The position numbers and the translations under genes are program-made. From Armatimonadota bacterium (GTDB taxonomy: Bacteria; Armatimonadota; UBA10988), in NCBI GenBank assembly GCA_016235455.1, contig JACRKZ010000102.1:7744-71743 (forward strand): a stretch of DNA of 64,000 nt, written 5' to 3'. Position 1 is the first letter of the stretch; each line of letters begins with the position of its first letter. Below the pieces are notes generated by a model. It was not told where the DNA came from, searched no databases, and was given only the letters and a program-made list of their open reading frames with translations. This document shows positions 1-10,046 of this stretch, piece by piece.

Positions 1-1449
1 CGGCGATAGCCTGGGTCCTTGGGCGGGAATTGCATCGATTGGCTTCTCCAGCACACGCTGACCGCTGCCCGGCGCCGGCGGCAGGTCGACCTTCGGCAGC
101 CAGCGCGCCAGCTCCGCGAGGCGCGCGGCCTGGGCGGGGTCGCCCGCCAGATTGCGCCACTCGTTGGGGTCGGCCTGCATGTCGTACAGCTCCTGCGAGC
201 CGTCGGCATAGCGGATGTAGCGCCAGCGCTCGGTGCGCACGGTATGGTTGCCCTGGTTGTGCGTGGTGATCGCCGGCCACGGCCGCGCGGCGCGCGCGTT
301 CCGCAGTTGGGGCACCAGGCTGTGGCCTTCGAGCCCAGGCCGAGCCGGCAGACCGCAGAGCGCGTTCAGCGTCGGGTACATGTCCAGCAGCTCGGCCGGC
401 TGGGTGCAGCGTTGACCGGCCTTCACGCCCGGCCCGGCGAAGATCAGCGGCACCCGCGTGGAGCGCTCCCACAGCGAGTTCTTGCCGGTTATGTCCTTCT
501 CGCCCAGGTGCCAGGCGTTGTCCGACCAGAGCACGACGATCGTGTTGTCGCGACGGCCCGTCTCTTCCAGCGCGGCCAGCAGCCGGCCGATCTGGCTGTC
601 CATGAACGCTGTGCTGGCCAAGTAGGCGTGGACCAGCGGCCGCCATTGGTCGTGCGCCCTCAGCCACGACAACCGCGGCTCGGGCAGCTTCCAGTGCAGA
701 TACCACGAGAACTGCGGCGTGTCGTCGCGGTCACCGGTCAGTACCGGCGGCAGCCGGATGTCCTCGGGCCGGCCGATCAGATCGAACCACGGCTGGCTGG
801 CGAAGCACGGCACATGCGGCAGGCGGAACCCGCAGGCCAGGAACAGCGGCTGGCTCCGGGGCTGCGCGCGCAGGTGCTCTATGGCCCGGTCGGCGATCTG
901 CCAGTCCGCCTGCAGGCGGTCGTCGGTGGGGAATACGCCCCAGTCCACCGCGCGCATGGGGTCGGGCGTCTGCACGAACTTGGTGGGCGGCAGCGGCATG
1001 CCCGGCGCGGGCCCCCAGACGTCGAGTTCCTTGGCTCGTAGCTCGGGCGGGATGGCGCCGTCGTGAAACACCTTACCGAACCCGGCGGTGTGGTAGCCAT
1101 GCTGGGCGAAGTGCTGCGGCAGCGTCACCGCGTCACGCGTGGCCGGCACCGCGCGCAGGCCCGGCACCAGCCCGTAGATGCCCGTGCTCGACGGCCGCCG
1201 GCCGGTCAGCAGGCTGCTGCGCGAGGGGTTGCACAGCGGCGCCTGGCAGTGCGCGTTGCCGAACAGCGTGCCGCGCGCGGCCAGCGCGTCCAGGTGCGGG
1301 GTCCGCGCCTGCGGATGCCCGCCGAGACAGCCGACCCAGTCGTTCAGGTCGTCGATGGCGATGAACAACACATCGGGCCGCTTGGGCTGGGCCATCGCGG
1401 CGGCAGCCATGGCCAGCCCGGCCGTGCGCATGAAGCCTCGTCGGTCCAT
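1..1449 (-). CDS. Sulfatase (formylglycine-dependent arylsulfatase family), N-terminal portion; C-terminus lies beyond window start
   Basis: Minus-strand frame from ATG at 1449 is absent from the ORF track because it has no in-window stop. It translates MDRRGFMRTAGLAMAAAAMAQPKRPDVLFIAIDDLNDW...CQAPLCNPSRSSLLTGRRP: a Tat-like signal plus the sulfatase C-x-P-x-R active-site motif. It lies 19 nt downstream of the previous sulfatase on the same strand. Confidence 0.75.
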   Translation of the reverse strand, partial: MDRRGFMRTAGLAMAAAAMAQPKRPDVLFIAIDDLNDWVGCLGGHPQARTPHLDALAARGTLFGNAHCQAPLCNPSRSSLLTGRRPSSTGIYGLVPGLRAVPATRDAVTLPQHFAQHGYHTAGFGKVFHDGAIPPELRAKELDVWGPAPGMPLPPTKFVQTPDPMRAVDWGVFPTDDRLQADWQIADRAIEHLRAQPRSQPLFLACGFRLPHVPCFASQPWFDLIGRPEDIRLPPVLTGDRDDTPQFSWYLHWKLPEPRLSWLRAHDQWRPLVHAYLASTAFMDSQIGRLLAALEETGRRDNTIVVLWSDNAWHLGEKDITGKNSLWERSTRVPLIFAGPGVKAGQRCTQPAELLDMYPTLNALCGLPARPGLEGHSLVPQLRNARAARPWPAITTHNQGNHTVRTERWRYIRYADGSQELYDMQADPNEWRNLAGDPAQAARLAELARWLPKVDLPPAPGSGQRVLEKPIDAIPAQGPRLSP

Positions 1450-1467
1450 CAAGTACGCTCCCAGGGC

Positions 1468-2893
1468 CTACGGCGCCCGACGCGGCGACTGCACCGGCGC
1501 GCCCTGCGCATAGGACACGCTGCCATGCGGCGCCAACGTGTAGCCGAAGCGCTTGAGGTACGCCTCGCGCGGTTCGAACCGGTCGCCGATGCGCCGCAGC
1601 GCGGCCTGCAGGCGGCCGTCAAGTTCGTCGCACAGCGCCTTCTGGTCCACCAAGTTGCGCTGCTGATAGGGGTCGGCCAGGTTGTCGAACAGCAACCACG
1701 GCCCATCGAGCCGCCGCGCATAGGTGTACTGGCGCGAGCGGATCATGCGGTACTCAGGCAGCCGCGCGGTGAACGGCGACACACTCATGACCAGCGCATC
1801 GCGGTCCGGCCCGGGCCCTGTGCCGCGCACGACCGGCGCCAGGTTCTCGCCCTCGACCGTCCTGGGCACATCGAGCCCGACCAGCCCCAGCAGCGTGGGC
1901 AGGACATCCGGCGCATTGATCGGCGTGTCGACCACGCGTGGCGCGACGCCGGGCACGCGCAGCAGGAACGGCACATGCGCCGCCTCGTCATAGGGCCACT
2001 GCTTCTGCGTGGGCGAGACGCCATGCGCGCCCATCATCTCGCCGTGGTCGGAGGTGAAGACGACGATGGTGTTGCTGGCCAGCCCGCTCTGGTCGAGCAT
2101 CTCCAGCAGGTCGCCGACGCACTTGTCCAGCGCGGAGCAGTGCCCGTAGTAGCCCACCAGCTCGCGCCGCGCGGCCTCGGCGTGCTCGGGCGCGACGTTG
2201 GGCGCCAGCTTGAGGTCGTTGGGCGAATACAGCTTGCGGTACTCGGCCGGCGCGGTGGCATGGGGGAAGTGCGGCGCGCCGTAGCTGAGGAACAGGCAGA
2301 ACGGCTTGGAGTCGGGCTGTCGCGAACAGACGAAGTCGGTCGCCGCGCGCGTCTGGTCAAAGGCGTCGTAGCCGTCCCAGAAGCGCTTCTCGGGCGAGTC
2401 GTCGGTGTAGTAGTGCGAGTGCGGGTAGTTGTGATCGCATTCCGCGCCGAACCACGTGGCCCAGCCCTGCCGCCGCGCGGGCGGGATGTAGCTGTCGCGC
2501 CCATGCCCATCAAGATGCCACTTGCCGATGTAGGCGGTGTCATAGCCGCCCGCGGCCAGCGTCTCGGCCAGGCAGACCTCGCCGTCGGGCAGATACGCGT
2601 CGTTGAGGAACATGCCGGTCGAGGTCGGATACCGCCCGGTCATCAGCGCCGCGCGATACGGCGTGCAGACGGGGCAGACGGAGACGGCGTTGGCAAAATG
2701 CACGCTCTGGCCGGCGAGGCGGTCGAGGCGCGGGGTCTGCACGTTCGGGTCGCCGGCATAGCCCAGGGCCGAGGCGCGCCATTGGTCGACGAGGACGAAC
2801 AGCACGTTGGGCCGGCGCGCGGGTTGGGCTCGCAGCGCGGGTGCGGCCAGCGCGGCTGCGCCAGCGCTCTGGAGGAGTTGGCGGCGGTTCATG
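1468..2893 (-). CDS. Sulfatase (arylsulfatase family), Tat-secreted
   Basis: ORF 1468..2982 trimmed to the internal ATG giving MNRRQLLQSAGAAALAAPALRAQ (twin-arginine signal). Motifs: VLVDQW, CPVCTPYRAALMTGRYP (Cys-x-Pro-x-Arg FGly site), GKWHLDG, TSDHGEMMG. Confidence 0.85.
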
Positions 2894-2897
2894 GCGA

Positions 2898-4517
2898 CTA
2901 GTCCTTCGCATCCGCCGGCGGCTTGCCGAAGGGCAGCACCGGCCCCGCATCCGCCTTCCACTGCTCGCCCAGCGCCTCCCACCGCGCGGCCATGGCCGTG
3001 ACGCGGTCGGGCTGGGCGGCGGCCAGGTCCTTCTGCTCGCAGCGGTCGGTCTTCAGGTCGAACAGCTCCCAGCGGTCCCCACCCTCGCGCGCCGAGACCA
3101 GCTTGTAGTCGCCGGCACGCAGCGCGTGGTTGCCCTCGTGGTTGAAATACAGCTCGCCCGCGCGCGCGCCCTGGTCGCGGCGCAGGCTCGGCGCGAGGCT
3201 GTGGCCGGGGAACGGCGGCGCTGCGGCCGGGAGCTGGGACTTGGCGCCGGTCAGCTCCAGCAGCGTCGGCGCGAGGTCGATGACGTGGCCTACGTCGTGC
3301 CTGAGCGAGCCGCGCTCCAGCGCGGCGGCCGGCCAGTGGGCGATGAGGGGCGAGGCAATGCCGCCCTCATGCACCCAGATCTTGTGCTTCCGGAACGGCG
3401 TGTTGCCGGCCGACGACCAGCTTGGCCCGAGGCACAGATAGGAGCCGCCCGAGCCGGGCTCGGCCGCGGGATCGTGTCCGTCGCCACGCACCAGAATGGT
3501 CGAATCGGTGCCGTTGTCCGAGGCGAACAGGATCAGCGTGTCGTCCCAGGCGCCCATGGCCCGCACCTGGTCGAGCACGCGGCCGATCTCGCGGTCCATG
3601 CGGTCCACCATGGCCGCGTGGATGGCCATCTTGGTCGCCTGGAAGTGCTTCTGCTCGTCGTTGAGCCGGGCCCAGGGCAGGGTCTTCTCCGTCTCGCCGG
3701 GGCCCAGGTTGCGCAGGAACTCGGGCTTGAGGTAGCGCGGCTCAAACGACTCGTCCAACGGCGCCAGATCGCAGTCGACGATGCCCATCTCGCGCTGCAT
3801 TCGCCAGCGTCGGTCACGCACGGCATCCCAGCCTTCCAGGTAGCGGTCACGGTACCGCGCGATGTCCTCAGGCGGCGCCATGAGCGGGAAGTGCGGCTCG
3901 GTGAAGGCCAGGTAGGAGAAGAACGGCTGCTCCGCAAAGTGCTCCGCGTGGTCGCGCAGGCAGTCGATGGCGTGGTCGGCGAAGGCCGTGGCGGTGTAGT
4001 AGGCGCCGCCCCGGTCCACCGGCGGCAAGGGCTTGTCGTCGCGGCGGTGCAGTTTGGGGTAGAACTTGCGGTCGTGGTCGTCGAGCACGTAGGAATGGTC
4101 GAACCCGCCGTCGGCGCAGGGCTTGGGCGCGCCGTTGACGTGCCATTTGCCGCTGTGATAGCAGCGATAGCCCGCGGGCCGCAGATGGTGCGGCAGCAGC
4201 CGGGCCCAGGCGGGCAGCCGGCCTTGGGGCGGGTCCATGTGCAGTTGCTGCGGGTAGTAGCCGGTGAGCAGCGCGCTACGCGTGGGCCAGCAGCGGGCCG
4301 TGCTGTAGAACTGCGTGAAGCGCACGCCGCCACGCGCCAGAGCGTCCAGCCGTGGCGTGGCGATCTCGCTGCCGTAGCAGCCGATGTCCGAGAAGCCGAG
4401 GTCGTCGGCCAGGACCAGGAGGACGTTGGTGCGTCGCGGCCGCTGGCCCGCGGCGCGCGGGATGCCCAACGCCATCGTGCCGGCGGCGCTGGTCTGCATG
4501 AAATCGCGTCGGTTCAT
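2898..4517 (-). CDS. Sulfatase (arylsulfatase family), Tat-secreted
   Basis: ORF 2898..4553 trimmed to MNRRDFMQTSAAG (RRxFM Tat motif; cat verified at 4515-4517). Motifs: LVLADDLGFSDIGCYGS, CWPTRSALLTGYYP (C-x-P-x-R), SGKWHV. The start overlaps the stop of the upstream gene by 4 nt. Confidence 0.85.
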   Translation of the reverse strand: MNRRDFMQTSAAGTMALGIPRAAGQRPRRTNVLLVLADDLGFSDIGCYGSEIATPRLDALARGGVRFTQFYSTARCWPTRSALLTGYYPQQLHMDPPQGRLPAWARLLPHHLRPAGYRCYHSGKWHVNGAPKPCADGGFDHSYVLDDHDRKFYPKLHRRDDKPLPPVDRGGAYYTATAFADHAIDCLRDHAEHFAEQPFFSYLAFTEPHFPLMAPPEDIARYRDRYLEGWDAVRDRRWRMQREMGIVDCDLAPLDESFEPRYLKPEFLRNLGPGETEKTLPWARLNDEQKHFQATKMAIHAAMVDRMDREIGRVLDQVRAMGAWDDTLILFASDNGTDSTILVRGDGHDPAAEPGSGGSYLCLGPSWSSAGNTPFRKHKIWVHEGGIASPLIAHWPAAALERGSLRHDVGHVIDLAPTLLELTGAKSQLPAAAPPFPGHSLAPSLRRDQGARAGELYFNHEGNHALRAGDYKLVSAREGGDRWELFDLKTDRCEQKDLAAAQPDRVTAMAARWEALGEQWKADAGPVLPFGKPPADAKD

Positions 4518-5470
4518 GGTTGCTCCACCAGTTCGGCGATGCCGATACCGCATTCACCTGCCACCGAGTACAGCAGGTAGACTTGGCCGTCCGTGTCCAC
4601 GAAGATAGCCGGGTCGCGCAGGGCGTTCTCGGGCCCATTGACCGCCCCAGAGGCGGACTTGCGGAGCGGCAGGTCGGCGCCCTCCCACGGTCGCTCGGGG
4701 CGCAGGACCTCTTCCGAGTCGCCCGCGCGCCACTGCCGCCAGTCGCTGCTCAGCGCCAGCTTGCGCCGCAGAACGCGCTCCGGCGCATCGCCTATGTTGG
4801 TGTAGTAGACCCACAGCGTCTCGTCCACGCGATGCAACGCCACATGCCGCGGGCCAGCGCTGTTGGCCTGCTCGTCGCGACCGTCGCTGTCGGGCAGCGG
4901 GTTGCCGCCTTGGACGAACCCGGTCAGGCCGTCGTCCGAGCGGTACATCCGGCCGCCCTTGGCCATGGCGTACCAGGCGTCCTGCCACGGGAAGGCGCGG
5001 AAGTAGAACAGCCCCAACGGCTCCGGCCCGGCCTTGAAGGTCAGGCCGTCGGACGAACGCGCCGCAAACGACATCTGGCCGCCGCCGCCCTTGGCCGGGC
5101 CATGGAAATAGAGCCGGATCTCCTGGCGCAACCCATCCACGTGGGCATCGGGCGAGGCGATGTGGCCCGAGCAGCCGGGCGCATCTCGTAGCGCGAGCAC
5201 GCCCGGCTCATGGATGCGCCAGGGGCCGGCCAGCGCATCGGCGTAGGCCAGTCGAATGTACTTTCCGTTGTGATGCGCGAAGTACAGGTAGTACCGGCCC
5301 AGCCGGCCTGGCAGCCAGTCGGGCACGCGCACGAGCGATGGGCCGTTGATGTTGGCGCCATCCTTGCCCGGCAGCATGTCGGGGCGGATGATCGGCGCGT
5401 CGGTCAGTCGCCGCGCGGCCGGCGCGGCCGCGGTGGCCAGCACGTTGGCGGCAAGCAGGACCGACACCAT
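4514..5470 (-). CDS. Secreted beta-propeller glycoside-hydrolase-like protein (GH43/GH32-superfamily-like fold; family not resolved)
   Basis: ORF 4514..5509 trimmed to the signal peptide MVSVLLAANVLATAAAPAA. Composition with repeated Trp/Tyr-Gly-Asp blades (YLYFAHHNGKYIRLAYADALAGPW, VYLLYSVAG) resembles five-bladed propeller hydrolases. No catalytic residues assigned. Confidence 0.4.
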   Translation of the reverse strand: MVSVLLAANVLATAAAPAARRLTDAPIIRPDMLPGKDGANINGPSLVRVPDWLPGRLGRYYLYFAHHNGKYIRLAYADALAGPWRIHEPGVLALRDAPGCSGHIASPDAHVDGLRQEIRLYFHGPAKGGGGQMSFAARSSDGLTFKAGPEPLGLFYFRAFPWQDAWYAMAKGGRMYRSDDGLTGFVQGGNPLPDSDGRDEQANSAGPRHVALHRVDETLWVYYTNIGDAPERVLRRKLALSSDWRQWRAGDSEEVLRPERPWEGADLPLRKSASGAVNGPENALRDPAIFVDTDGQVYLLYSVAGECGIGIAELVEQP

Positions 5471-5540
5471 GGATGAAGCGGTCACGCCGAGCCCTCCATA
5501 CGATGCCAAGGCGGGTTCGCCGGCGCGGCGCCGGGACCTC

Positions 5541-7037
5541 CTACGGCCGCGTCTTCGGCGTGTTGCGGCACCACTCGATCTTCGCCGCCAGCTCGGCGAC
5601 GATCTCGGGGTGGTCGGCGGCGACGTTGCGGGTCTCGCCGATGTCGTCCTTCAGGTTGTACAGCGTGCCCGGCTTGGGATGGCCCGGTCCGACGATCAGC
5701 TTCCAGTCGCCGCGCTTGAGCGCCAGCGGGTTGCCGCCGTTGTTCTGGCTGAGCAGCCACTCGCGGCCGGTCCGGCTCTCGCCCAGCAGCGCGGGCAGCA
5801 CGTTGAGGCTGTCGGGCGCGTCGTTGTCGGCCAGCTTGGCGCCGACCAGCGCCGACAGGCTGGCACAGAAGTCCACCTGGCTGACCACGGCATCGCTCAC
5901 GCCCGGCTTGACCCGCGCCGGCCAGCGCACGATGAACGGCTCGCGTGTGCCGCCCTCAAGCACCGTGTACTTGCCGCCGCGGAACGGGCCGGCGGGCTTG
6001 TGGTCGCCCAGCTTCTCCACGGCGCCGTCGCGGTAGCCATCGTCCAGCACGGGGCCGTTGTCCGAAGACAGGATGACCAGCGTGTTGTCGCTCAGACCGA
6101 GCCGCTCGAGCGCGTCCAGCAGCGTGCCCACGCAGGCGTCGAACTCGACGATGGCGTCGCCGCGCGGGCCCATGGTCGTCGCGCCCTGGAAGCGGGGATG
6201 CGGCACGCGCGGCACATGGATGTCGTGTGTGGCGAAGTACAGGAAGAACGGCTTGGTCCGGTTGCGCTCCATGAACTCGACGCCCTTCGCGGTGAAGGTG
6301 TCGGCCATGTCCTCGTCCTTCCACTGCGCCGCGCGACCGCCTCTGTACCAGCCGATGCGGCCGATGCCGTTAACCACGCCCATGTTGTGGCCGGCGCTCC
6401 AGTCCATCTTGAGGTGGTCGCGCTCGCTGACGCCGGTCGGCTCGCCGGGGAACGGCTGCTTGTAGCTGACCTGCAGCGGGTCGTCGGCGACCAGACCCAC
6501 GACCCGCTGGTTCTCGACGAACACGCAGGGCACGCGGTCGCCGGTGGCGGCCATGACGAACGAGTAGTCGAAGCCGACCTCACGCGGGCCGGGCTTGATC
6601 TCGGCGTTCCAGTCCAGTGTCTGGCCGTCGCCCAGGCCCAGATGCCACTTGCCCACGGCCCCGGTGGCGTAGCCGGCCTGTTTGAGCAGCGCCGGCAGGT
6701 TGGAGCGGTCGGTGGGCACAATGAGTGCGGCGTCGCCCGGCAGCACGCCGGTACCGCGGCGCCGGAAGGCATACTCGCCCGACAGCAGCGAGTAGCGCGA
6801 CGGCGTGCAGGTGGCCGCGGGACAGTGGCCGGCAGTGAAACGCAGACCTTGGCGCGCCAGACGGTCGATGTTCGGCGTCTTGACCGCGACCGCGCCGTTA
6901 CAGCCCACATCGCCATAGCCCAGGTCGTCGGCGTACAGGATGACGATGTTCGGCCTCGTCTCGGCGCTGTGCAGGCGCGAAGCCAGCAGCGTGGCGGCGC
7001 TCAGACCGGCTGCGCCAAGGAAGTTGCGGCGGTCCAT
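5541..7037 (-). CDS. Sulfatase (arylsulfatase family), Tat-secreted
   Basis: ORF 5541..7058 trimmed to MDRRNFLGAAGLSAATLLA. Motifs: IVILYADDLGYGDVGCNG, CTPSRYSLLSGEY (C-x-P-x-R), GKWHLG, SSDNGP. Confidence 0.85.
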   Translation of the reverse strand: MDRRNFLGAAGLSAATLLASRLHSAETRPNIVILYADDLGYGDVGCNGAVAVKTPNIDRLARQGLRFTAGHCPAATCTPSRYSLLSGEYAFRRRGTGVLPGDAALIVPTDRSNLPALLKQAGYATGAVGKWHLGLGDGQTLDWNAEIKPGPREVGFDYSFVMAATGDRVPCVFVENQRVVGLVADDPLQVSYKQPFPGEPTGVSERDHLKMDWSAGHNMGVVNGIGRIGWYRGGRAAQWKDEDMADTFTAKGVEFMERNRTKPFFLYFATHDIHVPRVPHPRFQGATTMGPRGDAIVEFDACVGTLLDALERLGLSDNTLVILSSDNGPVLDDGYRDGAVEKLGDHKPAGPFRGGKYTVLEGGTREPFIVRWPARVKPGVSDAVVSQVDFCASLSALVGAKLADNDAPDSLNVLPALLGESRTGREWLLSQNNGGNPLALKRGDWKLIVGPGHPKPGTLYNLKDDIGETRNVAADHPEIVAELAAKIEWCRNTPKTRP

Positions 7038-7093
7038 GGGCTCGGCTCCCAGCCCCATGGTACACGAGCGGAGGGTCCGTCGGCAACGCTTGC

Positions 7094-7744
7094 TCAGACC
7101 GGCCAGCGCAGCAGGCCGTCGCGCACGCGGCAGCGGTTGGCGTTGTCCCAGGCGATGCGCCCGTCGACCCAGCCGCCCGTCGCATCGCGGTAGTTCATCA
7201 CCGAGCGCTCGGGCAGCCGGGTGTCGTCGAGGTCCACCGCGCCGAACCAGTGGCTCATCTCGTGGCAGAGCAGGCCGGTGGTGTAGACGTCGGTCGGCTC
7301 ATGCACCTGCGCCTTGAACAGCAGCCGCGGCCAGGAGGCCATGCCGCCCCAGTTGATGTCAGGCCGCGCGGCGACGGCGATGAGGCAGTTGGCGCGCGAC
7401 CCATGCGGCACGCCGCGGGGCACGTTGTCACGGTACACGGTGGCCAGCCGCGTTGGCCCGTCGGGCAGCGTCCAGCGGCCGGTGCCGGCCACCGACACCT
7501 CCACGCGCCGGCCGGGATAGGCCAACTGGAACTGGCGCGCCGCCAGGTACAACCACTCGTTGAGCCGCGCCCGGCCGTTGCCCGCCAGCGCGCCGAAACG
7601 CGGCTCGAAGTGCTGGTCGACCACCACGAAGGCGGCAATGCGCACCGGCGGCGTGGTGGCGACGGCGCGGGCAGGCGGCCGCGTGCAGCCGGCCAGAAGC
7701 GCTGCGCCGGCCACGGCCAACCATCGGTATCGTGCCGTGCCCAT
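7094..7744 (-). CDS. Lipoprotein with HExxH zinc-metallopeptidase-like motif (HEMSHWFGAVD, i.e. HExxHxxGxxD)
   Basis: Signal plus lipobox LLAGC. Sequence LLCHEMSHWFGAVDLDD contains HExxH followed by Gly and Asp at metzincin spacing. ATG verified at 7742-7744. Confidence 0.55.
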   Translation of the reverse strand: MGTARYRWLAVAGAALLAGCTRPPARAVATTPPVRIAAFVVVDQHFEPRFGALAGNGRARLNEWLYLAARQFQLAYPGRRVEVSVAGTGRWTLPDGPTRLATVYRDNVPRGVPHGSRANCLIAVAARPDINWGGMASWPRLLFKAQVHEPTDVYTTGLLCHEMSHWFGAVDLDDTRLPERSVMNYRDATGGWVDGRIAWDNANRCRVRDGLLRWPV

Positions 7745-7787
7745 GCTCGGCTGTGACTCGCGGTGGCGACGACGTTACGCGGCGGTG

Positions 7788-9170
7788 CTACGGTCTCACG
7801 CCCACCTGCGCCCGCTCGCCGATGAGCAGCGGCCAGTCGCACACCGGCACGCGCCACTTCAGCGTGCCGTGCGGGCCCGCCTCGGCCGGCGCCGACCAGA
7901 CTGTCTGGCGGATGGGATCGATGAGCACCGGCTGGCGCGGGCGCAGCGCTGTCGGCAGCCAGGCCGTGAGCTGCCCGGCGACCGGCGGCAGCGGGTTCAT
8001 CACGTCCTGGGCGCGCCAGAAGGCCAGCAGCGGGCCGCGCTCGGTGCCAAAGGCCACGGTGCGGGCGTCGGTGCCGGGCTGGAGCACGGCGTTGATGGAC
8101 GCGTCGACGCTGATCTCGCCGGCCAGCAGCGTGCAGAGCGACTGCGCGGCGAGGAAGGCGGGCTTGCGGCGCATCTCCTTGCCGCCCAGCAGGCCGAAGT
8201 AGTATTCGCGCTCCACGTACTCGTTCTTGATGATGTAGAACTGAAAATCAGCGATGTGGAAGAACGCGGACAGGGCGGCGCCGTTTTGCAGGTCGAGCAG
8301 CGCGCGGCGTGCGTCCCACACCGCCTGGCGGTCCTCGTCGAACTCGCAGTCGGCCAGCGCCTGGCCGGCCACCGCCTTGGACGGCGCGCCGGATTCGCCC
8401 TGCCACAGCGGCAGGCCCGGCCGGTAGCGCTCGACCAGCGCGCGCAGCGTGGGCTGGAGCGGCTCGTAGCGCGGCTCGGGCGTGGGTGTGTAGATGTGGT
8501 AGGAGAAGGCGTCGATGTGCTCGCCCATGCCGGCCTCGAAGCAGCCCTGCACCCACTCGAACCCGTTGTGGCCCAGCGCCATGGCCGTGGCGCCACCGAC
8601 CACCTGCACGCCGGGATGGCCCTGGCGCAGCGCCGGTGCGGTCAGCTTGACCAGTTCGGCGTAGTCGGCGGGCGACGGGTCGTAGGGCGTCCAGAAGGGC
8701 TTGATGTCCGGCTCGTTCCAAACCTCGTAGTAGCGCACGCGGCCAGCATAATGGGCCGCCAGCGCGGTGCAGAAGGCGGCCCACCCCGCGCGCGCCGCGG
8801 GCTCGCGCACGGGCGTCCAGCCGACGGCGGTGGGATGCGGCGCGTCCGGCGTGTAGAGCTGGTTGCCATAGCCGACGTTGAACCACGGCTCGATGCCCAC
8901 CGCGATGAGCTTGTCGACGATGTCGTCCAGCCAGCCGAAGTCGTAGACGCCCGGCTGCGTCTCGCAGCGGCCCCAGCCGGTCTGCACGCGAGCCCACTTG
9001 GCGCCGAGTTCGGCCAGATGAGGCAAGGCTGGGTCGAGCTGCCACATGCCGCGGTCGAGGGTCTCCACGCCGATCGAGAAGCGGCTGCTCGCGATGTCGT
9101 CAGCGCGCCGCGTGGCCAGCAGGCCCAGTGGCGTCAGGTTCAGCTCGGAGGCCAGGTGGTCCAGGTTCAT
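7788..9170 (-). CDS. Glycoside hydrolase, TIM-barrel clan GH-A (GH5/GH39-like)
   Basis: The motif YYEVWNEPD is the typical acid/base NEP motif of GH-A hydrolases; LWQGESG is a candidate nucleophile region. Full-length 460-aa ORF with ATG verified at 9168-9170. No signal peptide is obvious. Confidence 0.55.
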   Translation of the reverse strand: MNLDHLASELNLTPLGLLATRRADDIASSRFSIGVETLDRGMWQLDPALPHLAELGAKWARVQTGWGRCETQPGVYDFGWLDDIVDKLIAVGIEPWFNVGYGNQLYTPDAPHPTAVGWTPVREPAARAGWAAFCTALAAHYAGRVRYYEVWNEPDIKPFWTPYDPSPADYAELVKLTAPALRQGHPGVQVVGGATAMALGHNGFEWVQGCFEAGMGEHIDAFSYHIYTPTPEPRYEPLQPTLRALVERYRPGLPLWQGESGAPSKAVAGQALADCEFDEDRQAVWDARRALLDLQNGAALSAFFHIADFQFYIIKNEYVEREYYFGLLGGKEMRRKPAFLAAQSLCTLLAGEISVDASINAVLQPGTDARTVAFGTERGPLLAFWRAQDVMNPLPPVAGQLTAWLPTALRPRQPVLIDPIRQTVWSAPAEAGPHGTLKWRVPVCDWPLLIGERAQVGVRP

Positions 9171-9173
9171 CGC

Positions 9174-10037
9174 TCACTCCTTGTCCAGCCGGCCGAAGCA
9201 GCTCTGCGCCGCGGCCAGGTAATCGAATCCCGCCGAGCCGCGCAGTCCGTGCATGACCAGCGCCCAGCAGCCCTCAAACAGCGTGACCACCGAGGTGATG
9301 CGCGCGGCGCTGGCCAGTTCGTCCTCGCGGTAGCCGCATTCGACCAGGAAGGCCCGCTTGACCGCGTCGTCCCAGCCGGCCGACCAACTCAGCGTGGCCA
9401 CGTCGTACAGCCCGTCACCCAAGCCGCCGAACTCCCAGTCGACCAGCCACAGGCGTTCGCCGTCGTCCATGAAGTTGTTGGTCCACAGGTCGTTGTGGCA
9501 GAGGCAAGGAGCGAATCCAGCGGACGCGCGGCGCTCGTCCTCGAAGGCTACCGCGCGGTCGCGATGGGCCAGCAGGTCCGGCGTGACGGCCAGGCCAAGC
9601 GCGCGGGCGCTGGCCAGCAGTGCGTCGATACGGTCCGTCACCCGGCCGTTGGCGGCCACGGCGCCGATGCCGCGCAGGCGCCGCAGCACATCGGCCAGGC
9701 GTGCGCGATTGGCCTCGTCGGCGAAGTCCTCGGCACGCCAGTGCCGGCCGTCGATCCAAGCCAGCAGGTGATTGCCGCGGGCATCGCTCCAGATCACCTC
9801 GGGCGACACGCCAGCCGCGGCGGCGGCGTGCGCGGCGGCCTCCTCCTCGGCGCGACGAATGCCCAGGTGGCGCCCGTGATCCGAGGCCAGCCGCAGCAGG
9901 TATGTCCGGCCATCGGCGTCGACGCGGAAGTTGTGGTTGTTGAGCATGACCACATCGTGCAGCGGCTGCACCGCCACGGCGCGCGCCGCGCGCAGCGCGG
10001 GGATGGTCGAGGCCAGGGCCTGGGCTGCGTTGAGCAT
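9174..10037 (-). CDS. Phosphotransferase of the APH/choline-kinase family (possible anomeric sugar kinase, NahK-like)
   Basis: Brenner catalytic motif CHNDLWTNNFM (HxDxxxxN) and LVDWEFGG (the DWE motif of the APH/ChoK family). Embedded between glycosidases, 4 nt from its neighbours. Confidence 0.6.
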   Translation of the reverse strand: MLNAAQALASTIPALRAARAVAVQPLHDVVMLNNHNFRVDADGRTYLLRLASDHGRHLGIRRAEEEAAAHAAAAAGVSPEVIWSDARGNHLLAWIDGRHWRAEDFADEANRARLADVLRRLRGIGAVAANGRVTDRIDALLASARALGLAVTPDLLAHRDRAVAFEDERRASAGFAPCLCHNDLWTNNFMDDGERLWLVDWEFGGLGDGLYDVATLSWSAGWDDAVKRAFLVECGYREDELASAARITSVVTLFEGCWALVMHGLRGSAGFDYLAAAQSCFGRLDKE

Positions 10038-10046
10038 GGTCTGCTC

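Noticed and set aside
19-4580. Plus-strand ORFs 19..1041, 1063..2901 and 2841..4580
   Set aside because: All lie antisense to the three minus-strand sulfatases, whose translations carry signal peptides and C-x-P-x-R motifs. The plus-strand products are featureless Arg/Gly-rich strings.
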